DNA of 64,000 bases from Oopsacas minuta. Taxonomy: Eukaryota > Animalia > Porifera. Positions 27,315-39,766 of this stretch are shown here, one piece after another. The notes beneath the pieces are model-generated. The model saw nothing but the letters and a program-made list of their open reading frames with translations, was not told the DNA's origin and did no database searches. The DNA lies in contig JAKMXF010000055.1 in the NCBI GenBank assembly GCA_024704765.1, positions 885,264 through 949,263 of the forward strand, written 5' to 3'. How positions within the stretch are numbered: position 1 is the stretch's first letter; every line of letters starts with the position of its first letter. Both the position numbers and the translations under genes were made by a program.

Positions 27315-28611
27315 AGATACCTTAGGAATTAGTCAAGTAACATATTTAACTTTCATATATTCTAAGCCCATAAAGTTAAACTCCATATACTGAAAGTTTC
27401 AAGCTTATTCAATACAAATTATGAATTTTTGAGATAGTTATGTGTAATCAATTTATACCCACTGTTGAATTTATGGCTTCGAAGGATGATAATTTCAACC
27501 TCAAATGGTGAGCTTACATAGAGTTTCGCACAATACTCAAGATCCAGTCCGTACAGATCTTCAGCAGTTGCAGGAGATAGTATGCGTGGAGTGCCCATCC
27601 AGATCTACTGTAGAGCGAAGGGCTACCCGTTTAAGATCTGGTGATGCTGTTGTCATAGATTTGCCTCGATCTGGAAAACCGGTATCCACCACCACTTCAG
27701 AGAATATCGCACTCATTGAAAGTATGGTCATGGAAGACAAGTGCATTATTGTCAATCAGCTGGAACAAAGTATGGGGATTTCATCGGGAGCAATTCGTAC
27801 AATTCTGACAACTGAGCTTGGCTACCGAACGATTTGTGGGAAATGGGTCCCGCATAAGCTCAGTGAGAATCAAAGGTTGGCGCGACTGAATATTGCCAAG
27901 AAACTCTTGAAACTTGTGAGAACTGCGATTCTAGACACCTAACAGAGATTATTACTGGTGACGAGACGTCGGTCTACTATTCAACACCATATAGCAAGTA
28001 TAAGAAGCGATCATGGGTGAGGGGCGACGAACAACCGGTGAAAATTCCTAGACCCGACTTCAGAAACCTAAGATTATGTATACCATCTTCTTCAGTAGTC
28101 ATAGAATTGTCTTGCAATTATCTTGTGAGAGTGGCAAGGCTGTTACTGCTACTTTCTTCACAGAGCAAGTGCTTCCAAATTTGATATAAAATATAGAAAA
28201 GTACCGCCCGAAAACCGGAACTCGAGGAATGAAGATTTTAATTGATAACGCCAGTTCCCATACAGCTAAGCTTATCAAAAATTTCTGGGATGTAGAAGGG
28301 TTTGAATTACTTCTCCATCCGCCACACTCACTAGACCTAGCTCCGTGTGATTTTTGGCTATTCGCCAAGCTTAAAATCTACCTTCAAGGCAAAGATTTTA
28401 ACACATTACAAGCACTCGGAACGGGCCTGCACCAGTACTTCAAATCCATCCTAAAGAAGAGTACAGAAATTTGTCTACAAGTGGGTAGAAAGGTTAAAAC
28501 TTTGTGTATCTGCAGGAGGGAATTACTTTGAATAAATAATATAGTGAATTAGTGTGTATAGTGTTTGTATCATATTCTATGATATCACCCCAAAACATAT
28601 TGACGCCTTAG
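27315..28611 (+). mobile_element. mariner (DD34D) copy 2; left TIR missing; defective
   Basis: ORFs 27505-27942 and 28229-28531 carry WVPHKL, ITGDET, LIDNASSH and HPPHSLDLAPCDF (D-34-D). A degenerate right TIR ends gccttag at 28611, followed by TA. Confidence 0.93.
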
Positions 28612-30060
28612 TAATTTCCATTTATAGTATTATTGAAGACTGGCAATATTGTTTGGTGATTACAAAATGTAAAAACATGCCTTTTATGTTTATTTTTATG
28701 AATATAAAGTAATGAAAAAGTTGAAATACTATTATATGATTCAATATTCCAATTGTATATTAAACGAAATACGAAGCACAGCCTGCTGAATAACATTAGA
28801 TTTTCCATACATGATATAAAATATTTAAAGAACAATAAAAATATATGTATAAATAGATTATTCGAGGTATATTATTGTAATTTAGTTAATTAAGAGTTGT
28901 GACATGTTTTAAGTTTGAACACAAATATTTGTACAACACAACTCAAAAATCCTTGAAAAATATATATAAAAACTAACTCCATGCCATTGCTTCCTCTCGG
29001 CCCTTGGGAGCGAGTTTAAGTAAGTAGTTCTAAGTTATCAGTAAGTATAAAGCACAATTGTTAACAAGAGTGAATAAAGATTAGAACTGAAGGTAACAAT
29101 TTAGCGGGATATCGCTGGAAGTAGCATATTAATATTAAACTAGACACAAAAGAGCGGTAAAATGAAGGTTTGTGGCAAGTTTTGGCGGATCATTCTGAAT
29201 TTTTTACTGTATATTATAAAAATCACAATAAATTTACATATGATTAATTCAAAGTGTGAAAATCAGATACAGCATACAGTCTCATTATATCAACACAGTT
29301 AAGAAGAAACTCCAAATAAGGAGTACGGAATAACTAGACTTTATTGTACGTTAATTAATTAGTAATACGATAAATGCATGTTAGTCGAAATCTCAGAATT
29401 GACAATTGGAATTGAATCTACGTAGAATTCCATAAATTCATCGCTTGACATCTAACAAAGAGAGTTTGCTCATTAATCTAACAAAAAGTAATGAGAACAT
29501 GCTCACTACTGTGCATAAATTCTAGAGCCGAGTACACAATAGGGCGTATCTAGGTTACAATACTCGTGCCTTTTACAAGCCAGCGGTTTGGACGCTAAGC
29601 GGCGTGGGTCTGTAATATTTTGAGATATCAAAAATAAATATAAGCCCCTACTGCAGGCGTCGTAGACCATGGCTATGCCTCTGATTGCCATGCTGGTATG
29701 GTGGGATTATTTCTGTATACTGGAATTAGCAAAATATTGGTTGGAAGTGCAGCATATTCTTGCATCTAAAGACTATATTCTAAATGTAGTTCAGAATTTT
29801 AACCTTGTATGTCAAATACAATAACATTATCTACAAATAAATGTAAGGATATTCTATAATATCCAGATAATTCAAGCAAATCACAAGTACAATAATGTGG
29901 TCAAATAAATATTTCGAGCAGATCTTCACACTTTCAGGTTTCTTATATGTCAATGGTAGGTGTTTTTATGAATATAAAGCAAACAAGTAGTTGAAATCAT
30001 AAGATATACGAAGCGGCTCATTGTATGAAACAATAATGATGTATTTAAAGAAATTAAGAC

Positions 30061-30140
30061 CAGGGTTCTGAATTTCGGGTAGAGCTTGATTCCGGTAGCG
30101 GGTTAACCTGTTAACCGCCGCTATAACCAGTTAACTTGAA
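30061..30140 (+). repeat. Left terminus related to the 12047 MITE family (CAGGG start, GGTTAACC repeats); a degraded partner end may lie at about 32935-32975
   Basis: cagggttctgaatttcggg...gcgggttaacctgttaaccg resembles the left end of the 12047 MITE. Confidence 0.45.
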
Positions 30141-30310
30141 TAGGGAAAATTTATTCGATGAACGAAAATAGTGTTATTTGATCAACAACTATATTAAGTT
30201 TTCTTAATCATTGGGAGGTAAGAAATTATCAAAGACAAATTTTGTTTGTAAGGCATCTTGGAATGTTGCATCTAGGGCCATGTTCTCAAAGTCCAATCGT
30301 TTTGTGAGAT

Positions 30311-32860
30311 ACGTTGTGGCTAATGAGGTTTTACTAAAGACAAGGTTTGTTGTCGTCAGGTTTCCAGGATGAGTTAGGGTTTGAAAATTATGAAGTCATA
30401 ATTATTTCCCAATTTATTCAAATTTATTTAGTTTCTTATAATTCATTACTATATAAGATATTCTTAATAGTATCATGCTTCAATAACAAACAATAGCATC
30501 TAGGCAAAGAATTAGTTAATGTGGAATTGTAACCTAATCTTGTATGAAGTATAAAATTATTATTCGGATATGTTGTATAAGAATGTGATATTATGTTAAC
30601 TACAAAAATAAGAAAATATTTAAACTTAAAAAAATGTATATGAAATTATTTTACATAATTATCGTCATAAAAAGATTTCAAATATCACTTACACTTCATG
30701 AAGGAAATGAAATATTGCTGGATAACATGCAGGGCCATCGAAATGCAAAGTAGATGTCAATTTGGCAAGAAGAATAATTGGAGAAAAAGATGGAATCGAC
30801 TCAAAATTACCAACGTTCTCAAAAGATGTGAAGAACCTCCATTTGAGGTGTAGTCGGATTAGAAAACGAATGCACCACGATCAGTCCGCAAATTATCTTG
30901 AACAAATAGTACTTAAACGTCTGGGCTATAAAACAATTACTGAAACTTCAGCTCAGCTGCTTTGTCGGCGGTTAATCCGAATATCACTAAACGGAAATCC
31001 CTAGAAGATTTGAAAAAATCAGATTCTAAACGTGTACGCCTCGAGAGCACTGGTATTATGGGCATGTTATCTCAAATTAGCTTGTTCAGAATGTATTATC
31101 CAGTATGTTGGTCTGAAATTATATTTTATTGCAGTTGCTATATAAGGATACCATAACATTACTCTTATTGTAAAAAGAAATTCTGAAGGTGATAATTTTG
31201 ATAACCTTCACTCCAACAAATTGGTTTCGCCCAAAAAGCCAACATTCCTTGCATATAACCTCAATCTGGGGGAATTGAAATGGACTCATCTGAGGAATTT
31301 TGGAATTTCAGAAAGTTTAAAGTTAGCCAGTTGGTCTAAAATACGTGATTTTCGTACAACTCTAATATCTCCGTACCAATTTTACCCATCTGTATCAAAT
31401 CCAATCGGAGTAACAGTTAACTACATTGACCACATAGTAAACATCTTGAAACGTATCATCACACACTCTATACAATCAATTGAAGAACCTCAGTTGTACC
31501 CGATCCACTTTATGGTTAAACATGGCGTAGATGAGTCGGGAAGTCACAGTATGCCTAATCTTAGATCTCAAACAAGTTCGTGATAGTTTAAATTTTTCTC
31601 TTATTCATGGTTTCTCCTCTTGAATTGAAAGATTATGAAGGTAATATTACCCAGTCTATTCAATACTCAAATTCTAGATTCCCCAAGCAACCAATCGCAT
31701 TGCTACCTCAAAAAGAGAACATTGAAAGTGTCACTCCTCTAATGAATTTCTTGAATCCACAAATTGACGAACTTGTTTCAACTGCCTTCGAGAATGAAAG
31801 TGGACATGTGAATATTGAAATTAAAGGCCTCAATGTTAAATTGTAAAATTTGTGCCATATTTACTGGTTTCGGTAGAGCTGCATGTCAGTGTTGCTTCGC
31901 AGGTCAAACTGATGTATCAGACCCTGAAGTTGTAATAGCAGGCTTTCCGAATAATTGCACGTTGCAAGCGATCAAAGATACTATCATAGAGCTAACTTCT
32001 GATAAAAAGGAGCTTACAGTATATCTTCCCGAAAACGAGCTGGAATCACTCATGAATCTGCAAGTTCAATTGAAGTCCACCCTATTGACCCCTACACTCA
32101 TACTTAAGTATACTTGATTAGTTCCTGAAAATATCATACTGGATACCAGCGGAAAGACGTAGCTGGGCTGATCATGTAAATATTAGGACCAGCAATAAAC
32201 TGATTCGACAACGGATTAAAGAAGTTACGATTATTCAGTTCGAAAACCTAGAGGAAGTGGAAACAATAGCACTGGTAATTCAGCTCGTTTTTTCTTATCC
32301 AATGATTTCCACTTTAAAACAGCGCTCTCTTTTAACACTTCAAGAAGACGTTGAAAATCCTAAATTATTTAATAGAAATATTTCTGCTCTTACATGTGTA
32401 GCTAATTCCTCTCAGAACATCAATGTTAGTACCTTTAAGGGCATTATGTGAAGAAATATATCTCTTCAGTAAGATCGTTATCCTGGGTTCCAATAACTCC
32501 CACAGTGCATACATTTCGAGCATGTACTTATCAATTTATAGAACTGAATGTTGATCGTGGCCTTAAGATACTCGGAAGAAGATTTGGAACTGAAACATAA
32601 GTACAAACGCATGTTTAGTGAAAATATATCGCAAAATCAGATTTTCTTTCAGAAGTGAAAGACATATACTCCCGAATATACATAGTAGGAGAGCCGTACT
32701 CAATGAGAAGTTCCGTAAGTGTCTCAAATGTAAGAAATGTGGAGAGTTGAGACATCAACGAGGGTGTAAAACAAACTTAAACTGCAACAGTTCAGAATAT
32801 CTAACTTGACAGATTTAAACATGAAATTTTTTCCCTACTGGAAGCGAATGACTCACTGTG
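30311..32860 (+). mobile_element. Decayed RAG1-like/Transib transposon; left boundary tentative
   Basis: Fragments RKSLEDLKKSDSKRVRLES, KHGVDESGSHS (D1), NSRFPKQPIALL, ASMLNCK..TGFGRAACQCC (D2 and Zn), PWVPITPTVH, YSEEG-like (E) and CKKCGELRHQRGC. Right end CACTGTG at 32854-32860 is followed by GAGAT; GAGAT also occurs at 30306-30310. Confidence 0.72.
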
Positions 32861-33860
32861 GAGATATAGTAGCAGTATATTTCTATTTTTAATGTTAGTC
32901 ATAAATCTTAATTGCTTGTATTAAAGAATAATTGCAGCAGTTAACCGATTAACTGCTATTACCCAATAGGTTTTAACCCACCCACAATCACATAGCTTTG
33001 AAATGATAAACCTTACTGTATTGATATCAAATACCGACCCGCTATTGTATTACTTGTATGGGAAATTGGCTGATTTTTAGGACAATTAAGTCCACATATA
33101 AAAAGGTTGCTACTACTTATATCGAATTTAAACCAAATATCCCGTAGACAGAAATTCGACAACATGCCCATTGAAATTCACACAATTTGCAATTTAAAAG
33201 AAATCAAAAATACTTTTGTATCAATAATATAAATCCTAGTTAGGTACCAAAATTTGAAATTTTACTGATAATCTCCTAACGAGCTAAAAGCCTGCGGCGT
33301 AATTCGTTAATCCGATTTAAAATTAAATATATGGTTGAATAGTAGAAACAAAAAATGTTAAAGAATCTAAAATGTAACTCATATATATCTAAATACTTGT
33401 TCCAATATGTTATAATAGAAATTCGTTATTGTAAATATTTAGTACAAGGTCAAAAAACTTCATTAAATTAGATTAACCGCTGAACAATTCTATCCCCAGA
33501 ACGATGCAAATATTCATCAATACAACAATGAATAGACTGGTTCAGTTAGAATGAATTATGAATTTCTAGGTTCCCAGATATGGTGAATTGAATGAGATAG
33601 TTCAATCACTGATTAATGTGTAAAACAATCAAGTCGATTTCCAGTTTAAGGCCAACACTGATACACACTAAATTTATTCGTGCAAAAACTGCAACATTTC
33701 TGGAATATAGATACTACATATAAAGTAGCTGAATCGGCGAACCATATACATAATCAAATAATCACAAGTTACGGTTAGACCTTATGTATTGTGAGCTATG
33801 CTAAATAATTGTATTGAAATTAAGAATAAAATCATCAATGGAATATTAAAATAAACTAAC

Positions 33861-33981
33861 TGTAATTAATTTGCCAAGACAATCTTCACTATAAATTCTA
33901 ATATCGTTTGATTCATCACTGCATAATTTGAACAATCGCTCAAAGACAATACCAATTAATCGTGAATACTCAGGTAGATCA
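33861..33981 (-). CDS. HTT: Huntingtin exon (equivalent of human exon 3), 121 bp: DLPEYSRLIGIVFERLFKLCSDESNDIRIYSEDCLGKLIT
   Basis: Acceptor tttctcctAG and donor GTtagt; phase 2 to 0. Lies inside ORF 33846-34034. Matches recalled human [40 protein letters not shown]. Confidence 0.92.
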
Positions 33982-34549
33982 CTAGGAGAAACATTATAAA
34001 TAACAGTAAATAAAGGAAAACAATGCAACAACAATTAAGTCAAGAAATACAAGGATAAATATAACTATCAAGTTACTTTTAAGAAAGTATCAATATTATA
34101 GAATAAATTCAATTTAGGGGCTGATCGAAGGGAGGTACCTACCTTAAGCACCACGCGAAATTTTGAAACAGGGGTTTGTATACACCGAATAATTACGCTT
34201 ATAATAATTTAAGATTTAATGCAGCTCATAATTCTGAGATTTTTCCCTTATGAAAATTCAGATTCTGAAGATATGTTCATTTTTGGTAATTATAATGTTC
34301 TCCAAATTTCTCTAGCCCTCATCATTATAAGAGAAATTCATAACCTACAAAGATGTATATATTCAACAATCTAATCATTAATTCCGCATATGTATACATA
34401 TATTATAGATAATATTCACCTAAATAGTATACATTGATTCGTTGTAGTTTTGAGTGATACCGGAAATGTGTACATGGTGACGCCGAAAACAATTTTGAGA
34501 AATCACAGATAAATGAGTAAGTAGGACCATAGTATCTTATACACTAAGG

Positions 34550-36150
34550 CAATGGCAGTCGAATCAAATTATAGACCATGGATGGCAATTTCTCAGGGAC
34601 TAGGGTCATTCAGTTACCAGGGCCATACGACAAAATTGGATTCTAATTCATTTTACGAGGGACAATACATTTTGCATGACGATATAGGAGTTTCTGCGCA
34701 TAGAGAGAAAATTCATAAGCCTAGAGATATATAAGCGAGAAACTAGTTGTAGAAGATGCAGGTATTTGGCAAAATAGTTCAATTGAGCATAATAAGCTCC
34801 CGATCTTAGTTCAATGTAACAAACTGTGAGTTAGTGATTGCCTCATCCTCAGAGGGAAGTCAGCGAATATTGGGTGAATGGCGGTGAATAGAAAATATCT
34901 GGTTCTTCTTCTGAAACAAAGCCACTATGAAACAATGTTTATTAAATCTTGTAAACAAACAATGTAAATGCTAGAAGTATCCATTGGATTTCTGGAAATG
35001 TTCACATAATTCCGCCCTGAGGCATTCCTTTTTGACAGAACATCTTAGATGTCATTTGACTAGGCTACTGAAGTGGATTATAATTAGATCCGTCAATTGA
35101 AAAGGCAAGAGTTTTGATTTTCATAATATTGACAAACTCAATATAAAAATGTGGTTTTTGAGAACAATTGACTATACAGGTTGATTTAGTTCTTGAAAAT
35201 CTAGAATTTCTGTGATTAATGAACCAATAAAGATTTCTTGGAAATCCTGTCAATTCTTTCGAGGAAGATAAAGGAATGCTATGTTTGCCATTGTGATGAC
35301 CACTTTCATTTCTGCTAGTTTAACTTTGGTTTTTACGGCTTAAACGTCATACTGCTGATTCCTTTCGAAAAGGATTTGATTTAAGAACTGTTTGAACATG
35401 TCTATTACCTGGATGTGCACAAGAAATATACTTACGGCAAAATTACATCAGTTTGAGAAATAAGTTTTGAAATACATATAAACTCATCATTCCTTCAGGA
35501 TGAAATTTGGTAATATTATACGAGTTGTATCATCATCAATTGCATTTGATGTATCAATATATGATTAAATGGAATGATTCTGCATCGATTTCCTTAAAGG
35601 ATCAATCAAACACATTTTTGCTTTGTATCAAGATTTCGTTTTCATCGAAACACACCTCAGGAAAGATCTCAAATTATTATATTTAGAAATAAATTTAATC
35701 ATAGTAAGTCAACATCTTAATGAACATTAATTACAATAATAAGATAGAAGGGGGAGGAAATACCGAATCAGGATTCTTAAGCTTGTGACATAAAGCTTGT
35801 GACATGTCCATATACAATCACCATTATGATCAATGAAGGTGCAAATTTGTATTCTTAGGTAATTACATGTAACCAAAATTTCATCTGTCCTAGACCAAAC
35901 ACGTAGATTCTGTTGAGTTTCATTATATTGGATATAGTTTCTATTTATAAGTTGACAATTTCCAATATACTTGTAAATAGAAATCACAAATATATAAATT
36001 TTACTTCTTCATCACCTGATCAAATATACAAATAACTCTATAGAAACAATTTCCATCTGGTTTTATTAGAAATAGAGTCTCTGATAAATTTCGAACATTA
36101 AATATGTATCCATATAAGTGTTTGAAGAATCTTAACGAAATATATGTCAC
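34550..36150 (-). pseudogene. Decayed ORF with an OTU-like protease domain upstream of hAT-like zinc finger and catalytic remnants; boundaries approximate
   Basis: IKPDGNCFYRVI (36001 ORF) and VWSRTDEILVTCNYLRIQICTF (35727 ORF) fit OTU. KFHPE..DEF..FCRKYISCAHPG (about 35430-35520) and LAFSIDGSN (35065 ORF) fit hAT. Confidence 0.5.
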
Positions 36151-37827
36151 ATAAATTAACAGAGGTTTCCGCTTGAATTTCATACTTAAGGTGATAGCAA
36201 TAGCTTGTTTGACCTTAGGTTCAGAACTATAGGTACTAGTTTTACTTTAAAGTAGATCATGAGAGCTCACCTCTGTTGAGTATTACCTTGAAATGGAATT
36301 AATTATCACAAATGCTCGAACTGTAAAATTTCTCTATTAATAAGGTATTGAAATATTCACTGTAAACTGTGTCGTAAAAACATTAAGATGTTAACAGTAC
36401 TAGTCAGGAGATCCATATTTCGCGACATCCTCCGGTGTAGATATTCTTGAAACAGAATTTGGTAGTTACGTCCCGTTCCGTACATTTAGGTAACAAAATG
36501 TCGTTAGATTCAGGGAAACAGAAAGCCTTGGTGTCTTTGTGATTGTGCTGCCATTGAAGGTCTTGAAATTTTGATATTCAAGTGAATTTTCTTAATGACA
36601 CAGTTTTGGTTGTGATGCTAAGAGTAACAGGCTAGTGATATAGAATATAAAATATAGAACATTTAACAATAATACAAAATACCCCAAGTATGTAAATAGT
36701 TTGTAAAGAAACAAAAGTTAAATTCACATAGCAAACAACAACAATTTTCAGCGCGTACCTAATCTACACGCTGGGTACAATAAGTAACTGAAAACATTCG
36801 GTCACGACTCATATGCAGTCACATCGAAGCTCTAGGGCCTGGGGTAGTTATGTCAATTTATCTGGAGTTAGATATAATTTTATGGAATTTCACGATCAAG
36901 GACGAAATCTGTATATGTTCGAGGTTTCAGACTTCGTTCATGACCCCCACATAAATTATATTCATACAAGTAGTGGGATGTGATTAATGGCTTAGGATCA
37001 TATTCTTTGCTTCTTAGGTAATAATCGATATAAACTGGCATTCCTTTGTATCCGTGTTCGATAACATGGTTGAATTATACGATTCATGGTTGAATTCTCA
37101 GCTCCAATTTAGCCATTAAACTTTCCTTAAATATTACGCCAACCCTTTGTTGAATGCTGATTAATATCGGGCATGGAGGGCGCAGTTAAAAATTGAGGAT
37201 TTATCTATACGACCCTTGTAGGTATGAAAAGCCTGGCATACGAAAGAAATTTCGTTTATAAGGCAAATATATTATTTGTATTGAATAAAAATTATGTTCA
37301 TGCATAGATAACTAAATATAATGGCAAAACAGAAAAGTTTAAGGGTGGGGTATTAGCTAAGAGCGTATTTATACATAAATTTCCTTACTTTTCAACATAA
37401 AAAGTAAACAATATTCACAATGTTCTTGAATACCATATTCGGATTCAGCATACTCGATTACCTCAGTCTAACCAATGAAAGCAGTTTTCAAACACAAATT
37501 GATATTTGTTAACTCTATATCCTTAAAAACAACCATAAATTTACATACGAGAAACAAGAAAATACGAAAATTGGATTCACAGTACTTACCCCTGGGTAGC
37601 CGCTTAGAGCATGCATGTTTGTATATTTTGAGATTTAGATAATTTGTTACGTTATGCTCATAAATATAAAAATAAATTTAAATATGATTAATCCAAAGTG
37701 TTAAAATCGGATTCAGCATGTTCGATAAATTTGGGGAAGGTATATTGAATCGAATTCAGCCTTATAAACACGAAAATTACATAGAAATGCGACAATTTCA
37801 ATATTGGATACCCTAAATACTTTCCTT

Positions 37828-37853
37828 CAAAACAAACAAACAAACAAACAAAC
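37828..37853 (+). repeat. (CAAA)n microsatellite
   Basis: caaaacaaacaaacaaacaaacaaac. Confidence 0.9.
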
Positions 37854-38519
37854 AACACTAGATATTTAATAATATAGATTATAACGATTCTCGAGATGTA
37901 ATTGATACTCAAAACATTTCATCCATGGTGTCTACCGTATATCATCAACAATGAGCCAACTTTAGTACAAAAATTTTTGATATTTGTATGAGTATATATA
38001 TATATATACATATATAATTTCATATATTGGCATTGAGATGATATGCAAAAAGCAACTATGTAAATATATGCGTTCAGCTGATACGGGCTAATGTAAAGTA
38101 AGTTATATTTTAAGTAAATGATTAGACAAAATTATAGGAAAATACGAAATTGCACATTACAGCTTGTGTTCAAAGAATTTTCGATAAAATAATTATGTAC
38201 TCATTATATAACAAATATAGAGAGAGAAAGAGCTCAGCATTGTACAGCTTACTTCTACAAGATCACAGTTTTTGTCCATTTTAGAGATAGGTATAATGAA
38301 ATAAAAGAGAATAACATAAGTTAAGTAATATACCATTAAATTGCAATTAATCCGTATACATATGTGTATATATCAGTGCTCGACAAATTCAGTGGTTTAG
38401 TGGCTATAGCCAACAGTACCTTTCCTCAAGCCGAAAGAAACTCATGTATTTTGGTTTAGTAACACGAAGTGGTGGCTAAGTAGCCATCACGGAGTTTCAC
38501 ATTTGTTTGTAAATCCGGA

Positions 38520-39111
38520 ATAGATTAAGGAAGATGGAAGACTCCAAGCTTGGATTTTTGTGATACAAGGGTATTTGTGCCGGGCTCGGACAAATTAAGG
38601 CTTGAGCGAATTTCACACTTATGACAAAATTATGACGCCATTGCTACCTTTTGGATTTTCGCAAAATCACATTATGGACCACTAATCAAGCAATAGATAT
38701 GATAGAAGTTTGAAATTTGAATCATAGGTACCTCTCAATATGTCAGACATACTGACATCATGATTCTAACCAAGAAGCTAACTATAATGTGATCATTATG
38801 TCATCATTACAGTAAAAAAAATCAAAATTTTCCAAATTTCGAAAAATTCCTGAATATCTAAATACTTGAAGCAAAAAGGGCCAAAATACTGACCAAAAGT
38901 CAAGTAGCAGCTCCATCATTACTACTGGAGGCCATTAAATAGAATTTGGATGGACCATGGATAATAAAATATCAATAATTCTTGAAAATTTTTCCTTAAG
39001 GTTTAAAATGTCGAGTATAAAACCCGGTCACGTAGCGATCGGGTATTTACATCTTCAGGTACTTGAGGGAGTAAGGTCTCACACAACGACCTTGAAAGAG
39101 AAGCGCGCTAG
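38520..39111 (+). repeat. Dispersed repeat family copy C, ending in a hairpin plus GAAGCGCGCTAG
   Basis: Homology to copies A and B. Hairpin aaggtc-tcacacaac-gacctt lies upstream of CTAG at 39108-39111. Confidence 0.6.
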
Positions 39112-39766
39112 TGCAACACTAAATTCCGGTAGCTTACAGTCGAAAGAGTAAAGGTCTGGCAGGGATTCGAACAAAGGACAGGAGGTTTTAGAGTATGATC
39201 TCATCAACTACATGATTAACACAATGATAATAAACGACTAAATGCGAAATATAAGCTCATGTTCCAAATAAACTAGCAGAGAAACTCGAAATAATAATTA
39301 AGAGGGATAATCAACAATTATGACCAAATAATGTTCCACTAACTAATCCATTTTAGCAAAGCAGAATCTAATATTTGTATATGAACATTCGTTTTGACAT
39401 ATAAGAATGTCATAATAAAATTCGACGTCAGGGTTCATCCCAAAAATGAAGCTAAGCTAATTTCCATGACGAATTTGAAATATTTCATAAAATCTGTATA
39501 GATATGATAAATCATATGATAACTATGCGTATTTATTGACGAACAGAATTAAGACTACACAAGGATAAATAAATAAATTCAGTGGTACTAGTGAAATTGA
39601 ACATCCACTATACACAGAATCAATTATATATCAGGATCAATAATTGCTCAAAGTATAACAATCGGATTGACCTAAGATTGAAAGGTGGGAAACATAAACA
39701 CGAAAAGTTTATTGTCAGGAGCACAACTAGATGTCACTTAAAGTACATATACCAATTTAGGGCCAG

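Noticed and set aside
38242-38268. MDKNCDLVE|gtaag as an HTT first exon
   Set aside because: It lies downstream of the exon-2 equivalent and does not resemble the N17 helix.
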